DNA of 28,864 bases from a virus. Lineage: Duplodnaviria > Caudoviricetes. Each line of letters starts with the position of its first letter. The first letter of the stretch is position 1. A model generated the notes under the pieces. That model made no database searches. It was not told where the DNA came from and saw only the letters and a program-made list of their open reading frames with translations. The translations under genes and the position numbers were made by a program. The stretch lies in the IMG/VR virus record IMGVR_UViG_3300016665_000029, positions 1-28,864 of that record; one strand, written 5' to 3'. This document shows positions 6,852 to 14,734 of the stretch, piece after piece.

Positions 6852-9535
6852 CAGCCGAGGCTCCTTTTTAGAATGTCACCAATTGGCAGCGGACCCGCTT
6901 GACGAGAAGTGCCAGTTTTGTTTTCACGGATTTGACGAACCAGATCATAGAGGCGCTTCGAGCCTGCGTTGGTGGAACCGTCACCCATCATTGAGACTAC
7001 ATCGGCGGGAATGACGAACTCACCATCTGAAAGGGCAGCAGCGCGTTTGCCGTCAATGGTAGTCGGAATCAAATCGTCTAGGCCACCGCCAGGACCGCGA
7101 GCAATCTTGCCACCGCCTAGCAGAGGAATGACGCCGCCTTGTGCAAAACCTACGAGACCGCCCTGATAATAGCCACCGTCTCCACCACCGTCTCCACCAC
7201 CGTCTCCACCAGCATCGCCGCCGCCTTCGCCACCTGAGTCGTCACCGCCAGGACCTTCCCCTTCGCCAGGACCATCATCACCGGGGCCAGGATCGCCCTT
7301 AGAACCACCGCCAGTGGACTCTCCTTTACCGCCACCGCCAGGACCTTCGGTTTCGCCGGGATCAGATTTTTGTCCACCTTCAGTACCGGCTTCTTTACCT
7401 TCGACGCCAACAGGACCTTCAACGCCAAGAGCAGTACCAATTTCATTCATGGCAAGGTCAAGACTTAGAGCTTTGTCCAAACCAAGTTCGTTAGATATTG
7501 TTTCTGCAAGGGCGCGGCCAATGGTGTTGATGGCGAGGTTACCAATGGCAGGACCGATAGGACCCGTGATCGCACCCAATGCAAGAGAAGCAATTGCATT
7601 TTGAACAGCAGGCTCATTTACGAAGTCAACAAAGTCTACAGCAATATTGCCAGTGCCCGGTTGACCAGAGGGGCCAGGAGCAGCATCATTTTGACCAACA
7701 CCACCCTGATAATATTCTTGGAGGGCGCTAAGAACTTTGCTGTTATAAGCTGTCTTGTCTGTTTCGGAGGCGCCTGAGAGCATGTCACGAGCAAGTTCTT
7801 CAGGAGATTTGGTGGCGGCTTGTTGTGACCAGTAGTCTAAGCCACCCTCATCTGCGGGCCTGCCAAAAAGATTTTGATAGAGGTCGCGAACTTCCTGACG
7901 GTTTTCATATTCGGCGCGGTCTGCTGCACTGGCTCCAGACAGGATATCACGACGAAGTTCTTCATCGGATTTAATAGCTGCTTGCTGCGCCCAATAGTTG
8001 AGACCTTCAGTATCGGCTGCCCTGTTGAAGAGCTGTTCGTAGAGGTCGCGGACTTCTTGGCGATTCTGAACAGAGGTAATGTCTTGCCCTTGAGCACCGC
8101 TTCTGATATCGCGAGCCAGTTCTTCGGGAGTCTTGGTAGCTGCTTGGCCAAGCCAGTATTGAAGGCCCGCCTGATCTTCGGCAGAAGTTCCAAGGGTACG
8201 ACCCAGCTCATTACTATAAATCGAGTTGATTAGAGTACGCAGAGCCTCGTTACCAGTATCGGTAGTTCCACCACCAGTACCACCAGTTCCACCGCCAGTT
8301 GAGCCGCCACCTGCATTAGTGCCTCCTGTTCCGCCCGTTCCACCAGTTGAGCCAGTGCCACCTCCGGTACCACCTCCGCCTTCTGTACCAGTACCACCAC
8401 CGGAACTTGTACCGCCTGTGCCAGTACCTCCGCTGCCGCCTCCTGTACCTCCAGTGCCACCTTCAGTACCGCCTGTGCCGCCAGTTCCAGTTCCAGTTCC
8501 AGTTCCAGTACCTGTGCCCCCAGTGCCTCCAGTTCCAGTTGTTGTGCCAGTTGTGCCAGTTCCAGGTAAACCTTCTAGACCACCTGTTTCAGTTGTTCCT
8601 GTACCGCCACTCCCAATTACGGTTGTAGTTCCGCTGCCAGTAGTTCCAGTTCCAGTTCCAGTACCTGTTCCAGTACCTGTTGTACCAGTAGTTGTACCTG
8701 TAGAACCTGTTGTACCTGTAGAACCTTGCGTTAGCGTGGTTGAGCCGGATGTAGTAGTGGAGCCAATGTTGGTAAGGCCGCCAGTTGTTGTACCTGTAGA
8801 ACCTGTAGAACCTGTAGTGCCAGTAGTAGCTGTAGAACCTGTAGAACCTGTAGAACCTGTAGTGGCTGTTGTACCTGTAGTGCCAGTAGTGCCAGTAGTT
8901 GTACCTGTTGTACCTTGCGTAGTAGCGGATAAGTTTTCTTGGGTGATGCCGACACGGTCAAGGCCCAATTGTTCTTGAACTCGGTTTAGACCGCGTTGGG
9001 TTTCTTGGAGGCGCGCACGATCTTCGGCAGACAAGGATTGATCCATGAGCGCATTCTTGATGGCTTCGCCCAGAGTCGCAACTTGTTCACGGCCCATCAC
9101 ATTAGATAGGAGAGTGCCTGCTGCTACTGAAGCGATACCTGCGGGACCGGAAGCCAAAGACAAAAGCGCGTTAAGGAGGCCGGGAGTATTGCTGATAGCT
9201 TCGAAGTCACGAGAAATATTACCAGTGCTAGGAGCGCCAGCGCCAGGAGTACCAGGGGCCAACAGTTGAGAAATCCAATCACCATCCCCGCTCGTGCCGG
9301 TTGAAACTTCTGCTGAAGTTGTGGGACCTGTGCGCGAAGCGATGTTGCGGAAGAACAGTGGACTATAAGAACCGGCGCCGAAAGCATACGGATCAAATTC
9401 ACTGGACAGTGGAATGTATTCGCGGGTAACAGTTTGGGTAGGGGCTAGGAAGGAAAGGCCATCAAGACCACCCATCGTATAGACGGTGTCACCATCAGGA
9501 TTCGAAGGGGGCGCGTTGACAAATGATTCTGACAT
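6851..9535 (-). CDS. putative internal virion protein with Thr/Gly stalk, three DUF4214-like repeats and conserved C-terminal GPG..DD.IP..LSDGEFV motif (894 aa)
   Basis: Long ORF with a GAGGA RBS and an upstream promoter. The C-terminal GPGGGLDDLIPTTIDGKRAAALSDGEFVIPADVV motif recurs in phage virion proteins. Internal repeats are directly visible. Confidence 0.65.
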   Translation of the reverse strand: MSESFVNAPPSNPDGDTVYTMGGLDGLSFLAPTQTVTREYIPLSSEFDPYAFGAGSYSPLFFRNIASRTGPTTSAEVSTGTSGDGDWISQLLAPGTPGAGAPSTGNISRDFEAISNTPGLLNALLSLASGPAGIASVAAGTLLSNVMGREQVATLGEAIKNALMDQSLSAEDRARLQETQRGLNRVQEQLGLDRVGITQENLSATTQGTTGTTTGTTGTTGTTATTGSTGSTGSTATTGTTGSTGSTGTTTGGLTNIGSTTTSGSTTLTQGSTGTTGSTGTTTGTTGTGTGTGTGTGTTGSGTTTVIGSGGTGTTETGGLEGLPGTGTTGTTTGTGGTGGTGTGTGTGTGTGGTGGTEGGTGGTGGGSGGTGTGGTSSGGGTGTEGGGGTGGGTGSTGGTGGTGGTNAGGGSTGGGTGGTGGGTTDTGNEALRTLINSIYSNELGRTLGTSAEDQAGLQYWLGQAATKTPEELARDIRSGAQGQDITSVQNRQEVRDLYEQLFNRAADTEGLNYWAQQAAIKSDEELRRDILSGASAADRAEYENRQEVRDLYQNLFGRPADEGGLDYWSQQAATKSPEELARDMLSGASETDKTAYNSKVLSALQEYYQGGVGQNDAAPGPSGQPGTGNIAVDFVDFVNEPAVQNAIASLALGAITGPIGPAIGNLAINTIGRALAETISNELGLDKALSLDLAMNEIGTALGVEGPVGVEGKEAGTEGGQKSDPGETEGPGGGGKGESTGGGSKGDPGPGDDGPGEGEGPGGDDSGGEGGGDAGGDGGGDGGGDGGYYQGGLVGFAQGGVIPLLGGGKIARGPGGGLDDLIPTTIDGKRAAALSDGEFVIPADVVSMMGDGSTNAGSKRLYDLVRQIRENKTGTSRQAGPLPIGDILKRSLG
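7765..8245 (-). repeat. three tandem ~50-aa helical repeats (LY..LF.R.AD..GL.YW..QAA.K..EEL.RD..SGA)
   Basis: INSIYSNELGRT..DQAGLQYWLGQAATKTPEELARDIRSGA / VRDLYEQLFNRAADTEGLNYWAQQAAIKSDEELRRDILSGA / VRDLYQNLFGRPADEGGLDYWSQQAATKSPEELARDMLSGA. Boundaries are approximate. Confidence 0.85.
8255..8925 (-). repeat. low-complexity Thr/Gly/Ser coding tract with short in-frame tandem DNA repeats
   Basis: Plus strand shows (TTCCAG)n near 8484-8507 and 8644-8660, and (CCTGTAGAA)n near 8793-8860. These encode GT and TGS repeats. Confidence 0.9.
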
Positions 9536-9553
9536 GGGGGGTTCCTCGTCGGT

Positions 9554-9564
9554 ATTATACCACA
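9554..9564 (-). promoter_or_regulatory. extended -10 promoter upstream of the internal-protein cluster
   Basis: Minus strand TGTGGTATAAT (TG-n-TATAAT; perfect -10 at 9559-9554) in an AT-rich 49-bp gap, followed by a GAGGA RBS (9547-9543) and ATG at 9535. The -35 position (TTTATT) is weak. Confidence 0.7.
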
Positions 9565-9584
9565 GAAATTGTTAAAAATAAACC

Positions 9585-9857
9585 CTAACGAACGTCGACA
9601 AAATTGCTGGACTGGAGAGCCAGAAGCAGTTTGCCTACGACGTTGGTAAGGACGGTGACTGAGGGGTTGGTCATGTCGAGGGTGGTTGGGGCGCTGACTG
9701 TGCCTTGGATAAGGAATTGGGGACGAGTTCTGCGGCCTAGATCGAAGAGGTCACTCTGCTCCAGCACTTTGATGAGGCGGTTCCAAGTTGCTTTGGAGGA
9801 GTCGTCCCATTCATCTGGAGGGGCGGGCAGGTCTCGGGAGCTTATGCGGCGGGTCAT
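9585..9857 (-). CDS. small tail-associated protein (90 aa)
   Basis: ATGA overlap with the nozzle gene. An LPAPP.EWD...W..L...LE pattern is typical of the small gene that follows podovirus nozzle genes. Confidence 0.55.
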   Translation of the reverse strand: MTRRISSRDLPAPPDEWDDSSKATWNRLIKVLEQSDLFDLGRRTRPQFLIQGTVSAPTTLDMTNPSVTVLTNVVGKLLLALQSSNFVDVR

Positions 9858-11710
9858 CGTAAGCCATCCGGTTCAATAGCCATACGGAACTGACCCATAC
9901 GCCACGGCAAATCAGAGGAAGTTGAGGACTGAATTTGAATGGCGAACTCACGACCTCTCAAGCGGGTGGAGACTTTCTGGGTAGTGCCTGTCACAGCGAA
10001 TGGACCCTTGGTAATGACGGTGCCTCCGGGGTATTTGCGGGCTTTCAAAGAGATTTGCAGGGTGCCGTTGTAGGGCGTATTGTCGGAAAGGTTGCTAAAG
10101 TCGGGGGCAAATTTGTTAGCAAACATTATGGAATTGCCGTCCTGCTGGTCGAAGTAAGCCCCTTCAAGATTGGCTGCCAGGGTGGAGGTATCTGCTGTAT
10201 AGCCATATTCTTGGTAGTAGAGGTGGGACGGATCGGCGTTCATGGCCAGGGGATAGGGGAATGAGCCACCATCTTGCCAGACGTTGCGAGCCATGTTGCC
10301 AATGGTCCAGTGCTTTTCGACGGTATTGTAGATGACGTATTTGTCGTTCTCGCCATTGGGGGAACTGGTGGATGGATAGAACCAGATGATCTCGTCGAAG
10401 GTGGAATTGACGCCCACGTAGATTTTTTCGACATTGTTTTGGTCGAGGTTGTCATAGACGTAGCGGAGGACGGTGCATTGCAGCGGGGTCACTCGACCAT
10501 TGTACATATAGAACTGACCGTTGTTGGACATCCAATAGAGGGTGCCGCCGTATTCGACTGCTGCGTTACGAGAGATCACACCACAGTGTTCGCCTGCCAG
10601 TGTAAAGCCAAAGACGTCGTTGCCCCCGATGTAGGCTTGGATGTAAAGGTCGTGGTCGGTAAGGATGGCGGTCTTGTCGTTCACCCGGTTGACGTCTCGG
10701 ATTTCGGAGCCACGACTTGGCAGCACATAGTCGCCTGCATTGTTGATGTTGGTCGGCGTCCAATCCGTAAAGTCTTCTTGAGAGCACCACCGAATTAAAA
10801 GGGGATCGTAGGAACCGCTGACATCGTGAGTGCCGTAGAGGAGAACATGCCGAGCTTCAGATGCGACGCGGACGATTTGGTTTACGGAAGGCGCAGCCGT
10901 CACGATGGTCATGCGGTCGGTGATGCCAGCACTGGTATTCCAGTACATGAGCGGACCCTTGGTAGGAACAGCCAGCATATCGGAACCCCACAAGTCAGCA
11001 GACCACAAGCGAAGCGGAAGCGGGAAAGCACCCTCAGATTCGTTCCAGCCGAAGTTGCCGCCCCATACACCAGTGCCCCAGCCGCCAGTCAATTGGGTTG
11101 AAGTGGTGCCTGCGTAATAGCAAAAATTAACTGTAATGGAACCGCCAGTTGCTGCTGAAGTTGCTGCCGCCGTAGTGCCTGTATTGATGGCGAAGCTGTC
11201 GGAATTTATAACGCTGACTGAAAACAGGCTGGTTGTAGAGGCCGTAGGATTGATGACGATGTTGCCGCCGATGGTAGTAGCAGCAGAAACTATTTCGACC
11301 AAGGTGCCGTCGGTAAGACCGTGCCCAGCAATCGAGACAATGACATTGGTAGAGCCAGCCGTAGTAGAGAGGATGTTGGAGGTGGCTACCGTTGAAACGA
11401 CGGGCGTGATGTTGTAGAAGGTGGAGAGTTCGCTGGAGAAGAGGCCGATGTTGGTAGCAATGAAGGCAGCGTTCTGACCCAATCGATTGCGAAGGGTATC
11501 GAGGTAGCGGGGAACGCCAAAAATTTTGTCGGCCTGGGAAGAGTCGATGTTGTTCTGCCAACCACCCATAAGCTCGGGGCGACCAAAGCGGAAACGCACC
11601 TTGTCAGCGTCAGTCCAAAAGCCAGTGGCGTCGAGTTTCGTCTTCTCTTTGAAAACGCCTACGTTGAATTGTAAGTCGCGGAGTTGTTGGTCCTGAAGGG
11701 AGGCCGACAT
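9854..11710 (-). CDS. tail nozzle / tail tubular protein B-like (618 aa)
   Basis: N-terminal W.DADKVRFR.G.PE..GGW, internal IRWCSQED..DW and C-terminal WRMG..R....PDG.R motifs. Beta-rich and Trp-rich, and located after the adaptor genes. Confidence 0.75.
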   Translation of the reverse strand: MSASLQDQQLRDLQFNVGVFKEKTKLDATGFWTDADKVRFRFGRPELMGGWQNNIDSSQADKIFGVPRYLDTLRNRLGQNAAFIATNIGLFSSELSTFYNITPVVSTVATSNILSTTAGSTNVIVSIAGHGLTDGTLVEIVSAATTIGGNIVINPTASTTSLFSVSVINSDSFAINTGTTAAATSAATGGSITVNFCYYAGTTSTQLTGGWGTGVWGGNFGWNESEGAFPLPLRLWSADLWGSDMLAVPTKGPLMYWNTSAGITDRMTIVTAAPSVNQIVRVASEARHVLLYGTHDVSGSYDPLLIRWCSQEDFTDWTPTNINNAGDYVLPSRGSEIRDVNRVNDKTAILTDHDLYIQAYIGGNDVFGFTLAGEHCGVISRNAAVEYGGTLYWMSNNGQFYMYNGRVTPLQCTVLRYVYDNLDQNNVEKIYVGVNSTFDEIIWFYPSTSSPNGENDKYVIYNTVEKHWTIGNMARNVWQDGGSFPYPLAMNADPSHLYYQEYGYTADTSTLAANLEGAYFDQQDGNSIMFANKFAPDFSNLSDNTPYNGTLQISLKARKYPGGTVITKGPFAVTGTTQKVSTRLRGREFAIQIQSSTSSDLPWRMGQFRMAIEPDGLR

Positions 11711-11712
11711 GA

Positions 11713-12231
11713 TTACTCTATGATGCGGATATCTAGGGCGTTGATGACGCTAACCTGGGCATTAAGTGCAGAGACAGATACCCCGATGGTTGATACCTGA
11801 AGTTCTAGGGTAGAAACTTGGCTTCGCAGAGAACCGATAAGACCGACGCAGGTGGCTGTGGTGCAGACTACGATCTCGGTGCCAGCTTGGGGGAGGACGG
11901 TTCCGGTGCCAGCCGCATTCTTGACGGTGATGTTGAAGTTGCCCGAAGTCTGACGTAGGATGGCGTAGGTCTTGGACTGGGTGGGCACCACAATGTTGAG
12001 ATCGTTGATGAGGGTGCCGTTCAAGACAAGGATAGCAGACCGGGCCTGATCGGTATTTGCATTGGCTTCGGTGAGCGACACATCCAAAGAAGAGAGCGTA
12101 AGCGTCGATAGCCCTGCGATAGCAGCCGCGATGAGTTCGAGGTTGTTGTTGGTCTTGGTGCCCCAGGTCGTAGCGTTTTCGCCGGTCGCCTGTAGCTCAA
12201 GTCTTAGAAGGGAGTCATAGGTAGAGGGCAT
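11713..12231 (-). CDS. short tail-fibre anchor/proximal protein (172 aa)
   Basis: Starts MPSTYDSLLRLELQATGENATTWGTKTNNNL, an N-terminal virion-attachment pattern of podovirus fibres, and ends in a heptad-like segment (QVSTLELQVSTIGVSVSALNAQVS). Confidence 0.65.
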   Translation of the reverse strand: MPSTYDSLLRLELQATGENATTWGTKTNNNLELIAAAIAGLSTLTLSSLDVSLTEANANTDQARSAILVLNGTLINDLNIVVPTQSKTYAILRQTSGNFNITVKNAAGTGTVLPQAGTEIVVCTTATCVGLIGSLRSQVSTLELQVSTIGVSVSALNAQVSVINALDIRIIE

Positions 12232-12491
12232 TACTTGCGCTCCTGAAGGATGCGTGTGACTTTATCGTCGATTCTATTTAACACAACTGTGAGTTTGTTT
12301 TCAAGCTCGCTGACTACCTCACGGGTTGCAAAGTCCTTGTTGACCTGGGCCACATGCCGGAAATGGTCGTCGTGAAGTTTGTCGATCTTCTGGTCCATTG
12401 CTTTTAGTTCCCTGTGCAGATAGGCAGCCCACGCCAATGCAAGCGGCAACAATACATCGGAGAGGACTTTCCACATGGCTGCCAAATCCAT
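12231..12491 (-). CDS. small membrane protein, holin-like (86 aa)
   Basis: One N-terminal hydrophobic helix (VLLPLALAWAAYL) followed by a charged coiled coil (FATREVVSELENKL...RIDDKV). Confidence 0.45.
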   Translation of the reverse strand: MDLAAMWKVLSDVLLPLALAWAAYLHRELKAMDQKIDKLHDDHFRHVAQVNKDFATREVVSELENKLTVVLNRIDDKVTRILQERK

Positions 12492-12495
12492 GGCA

Positions 12496-12807
12496 CTAGC
12501 TCGGCGAACTCATGGAGGGATTCCACTGCACCGGGGTCACCACGATATTGAGATTGTCTTCGGTTAGCAAGAACCCGGTATCCTCTTTAGCTAGATAGGC
12601 ATCTGTGGTAGCCTGCGGTCGACCGTCTGGAACTTTCTTGGATTCGAAGCGCGGATAAGGTCCCCTGTTCTGAGGGTGACGTTTGCTATCGTAGGCGCCG
12701 TCGAAGCAGGCAGTGCAGACAACTAGATTGGTGGACTCTTTGTGAAGCTTGCGCCGGTAGTATTTTTGACCGCACCTATCGCAAAGAGACCATACGTTCA
12801 TAGCCAT
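12496..12807 (-). CDS. Cys4 (CDRC...CxxC) small neck-region protein, paralog 2 with C-terminal extension (103 aa)
   Basis: CDRCG, VVCTAC, HPQN and VPDGRP motifs; aligns by eye with the adjacent 72-aa ORF. Confidence 0.7.
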   Translation of the reverse strand: MAMNVWSLCDRCGQKYYRRKLHKESTNLVVCTACFDGAYDSKRHPQNRGPYPRFESKKVPDGRPQATTDAYLAKEDTGFLLTEDNLNIVVTPVQWNPSMSSPS

Positions 12808-12809
12808 TG

Positions 12810-13028
12810 TCAGGACCCATAGTTAGTTTGGTCAGGACGGGCATCAGGAACTAGCTTCAGTTCACGACGCGGTTTGGCAGAGTAGTTCTGGGGGTGGTTC
12901 TTCTTATCGAAGCTTCCGTCGAAGCAGGACTCGCAGACCACGAAGTTGGTAGTTTCCTTGCGGAGATCACGCCGTTTGTAGTCGAAGCCACATCGGTCAC
13001 AGACCGACCACATATTCCATACTGACAT
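12810..13028 (-). CDS. Cys4 (CDRC...CxxC) small neck-region protein, paralog 1 (72 aa)
   Basis: CDRCG, VVCESC, HPQN and VPDARP motifs; TAATG coupling to the upstream adaptor gene. Confidence 0.7.
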   Translation of the reverse strand: MSVWNMWSVCDRCGFDYKRRDLRKETTNFVVCESCFDGSFDKKNHPQNYSAKPRRELKLVPDARPDQTNYGS

Positions 13029-13681
13029 TAGGCCTGCCCCCCGATAGTATTCTCAGGAGTCCCATTATATCTGTCAGATGAATCCGAACGACGAGACCTC
13101 GTAGACTCATTGTTGAGGAACGTAAGTTCTTCATCCGTCAAGGTTTTCCAAACGGTGACTGCGGCTGCGTTCTTAGTCCAAGCATTGGCGTACATCATGC
13201 AAGCATTGAAGAAGGCAGTGTCTGCATACTCTGAGAAGTAGTTGGTGGGAGCAGCAGAGCTAAGAATGGTGACGCGGGGAATGTACTCGATTTGGGCAGT
13301 TGTATTGGACGGCGGGGTTGGCGCTAAAAAGATGCTTGCATTATCTTTGGGAGCATAGTATTTTGTAGGAGCACATGAAGTGTAGTCTGGCCAATATGCG
13401 GTCAGAAATTCGTTGTTCTGTTCTAGGAGGGTCGTCCAGCCGTTAGTGGCGCAAACTTGGATTGACTTTAGGACGAGCAGATTGGAAGGCAGTGCCAGGG
13501 TCCGAGAGGAGGCGCTGACCGATATGTTTGTGTAGGTGAGAGTGCGAACCGGGTCTAACCGCCGTTGAAGGTAGTTTTGGGCACGCTCGATGATGGCAGG
13601 CAACGCGGAGACAAACTCTTCAGAGTCTTCTTCCATGTTGGCTTGGATGTCGGCGACCAGGGTGCTATAAGTGTATCCCAT
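13028..13681 (-). CDS. head-tail adaptor-like protein (217 aa)
   Basis: Y..LV..IQ...E N-terminus and P.YY....IFLAPTP motif typical of podovirus adaptor proteins; synteny supports the call. Confidence 0.65.
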   Translation of the reverse strand: MGYTYSTLVADIQANMEEDSEEFVSALPAIIERAQNYLQRRLDPVRTLTYTNISVSASSRTLALPSNLLVLKSIQVCATNGWTTLLEQNNEFLTAYWPDYTSCAPTKYYAPKDNASIFLAPTPPSNTTAQIEYIPRVTILSSAAPTNYFSEYADTAFFNACMMYANAWTKNAAAVTVWKTLTDEELTFLNNESTRSRRSDSSDRYNGTPENTIGGQA

Positions 13682-14346
13682 TAGCGTCTTCCAATCCTAA
13701 GAAGGAACGGACCTCGTTCACGATCTTCACGCATTGCATCACGGACCATACGCTCATATTCTGCTTTTAGGATGTTTAGACGATTGTCAGGAACCCGTGG
13801 GCCACGGCGCATGCCAATCCAATAGGCGAGACCGTAAACGATAGCGGGAAGGAAACGCCGGGGCACATCGATGTTGTCGAAAGCACGCAGAGTATCTTCG
13901 GTATTCTTTTGGATGGTAAGAACAATGTCGTAGGTCTGGTCAGGCAGTGGCCACAAATTCATTACGTTGGATTCACGACGGCGATCCCACCAGAAACGAG
14001 TAGGGCGACCTGTCTGGGACTTGGTAGGGATTTCTGCCCAGCGTTCGAAGCCGTCACGGTCCATAAGGATTTCTGTGGTAGAGGTGCGTACAGTAGCCGT
14101 CAGGACGTCAGAGATAGAGGGGCCGAATGACAGGGAACTGACGGAAGCGGAGACGGGAACTGTAGTGGTTTCAATTTTGTGGAGAAGGACGTTGCGGTTT
14201 TGGAGATCGGTTAGGAGATAGTCGAGGCCGCGCCTTGCGCTAATGAGTTCATCAGCAAGAAGGGGGCCACCACCAACCATGGCAGCAGCGTCTTGAAGAA
14301 TGTCATCGAAGGTGGGATCGAAGGAGGCTACGCCGCTGGTTGCCAT
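13681..14346 (-). CDS. head-tail adaptor / tail tubular protein A-like (221 aa)
   Basis: MATSG..F N-terminus; IPTKSQTGRPT, LWPLPD and DVP.RFLPA...GLAY motifs; located downstream of the capsid genes. Confidence 0.7.
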   Translation of the reverse strand: MATSGVASFDPTFDDILQDAAAMVGGGPLLADELISARRGLDYLLTDLQNRNVLLHKIETTTVPVSASVSSLSFGPSISDVLTATVRTSTTEILMDRDGFERWAEIPTKSQTGRPTRFWWDRRRESNVMNLWPLPDQTYDIVLTIQKNTEDTLRAFDNIDVPRRFLPAIVYGLAYWIGMRRGPRVPDNRLNILKAEYERMVRDAMREDRERGPFLLRIGRR

Positions 14347-14359
14347 TTGGCCTGCCCCC

Positions 14360-14674
14360 TTACACGACTCCGTAGATAGTTACGAGAGGCCCGCCACCTG
14401 CATAGGAGGAACGCACATACGGCACATCAAAGATGACTTGTACAAGTGTGGTGGTAACGGCTGCTGAGATTTCGGCAAAGGCAATCCACGGACCTGTTTC
14501 GAAGGGTGCCGCTTCCAAGAAGATGGAAGGACCTGTGGCTGCGCTTTTTTGGACCCAGAAGCAACGGGCAGGCGAACCATCAAAGCGATAGTCGAGGTCG
14601 ATGGGGTCGCTTGTGGTTGTGGCCGAGGTACTCACTTGGAAGGGAACAACTCGGATAGTCTTAATACCGGGCAT
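14360..14674 (-). CDS. small beta-rich virion protein (104 aa)
   Basis: AGGAG RBS; Thr/Ser/Val-rich; lies between the capsid and adaptor genes. Confidence 0.6.
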   Translation of the reverse strand: MPGIKTIRVVPFQVSTSATTTSDPIDLDYRFDGSPARCFWVQKSAATGPSIFLEAAPFETGPWIAFAEISAAVTTTLVQVIFDVPYVRSSYAGGGPLVTIYGVV

Positions 14675-14689
14675 GTGAAGCTCCTAAAG

Positions 14690-14734
14690 CAAGTGTGGCA
14701 GACCCAACCATTTGGAAGAGCCTGCCTGCACTTG
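14690..14734 (-). promoter_or_regulatory. long imperfect intergenic RNA stem-loop
   Basis: Minus strand CAAGTG-CA-GGCAGGCTC-(TTCCAAATGGTT)-GGGTCTGCC-A-CACTTG. Two G-U pairs form only on the coding strand. Confidence 0.6.

Noticed and set aside
8480-8900. Short tandem repeats as a possible CRISPR array or iteron origin
   Set aside because: Units are 6-9 bp, in frame, degenerate, and have no unique spacers.
8226-8978. 250-aa Pro/Val-rich plus-strand ORF
   Set aside because: Antisense shadow of the Gly/Thr tract (GGN/ACN codons read as Pro/Val); no independent start signals seen.
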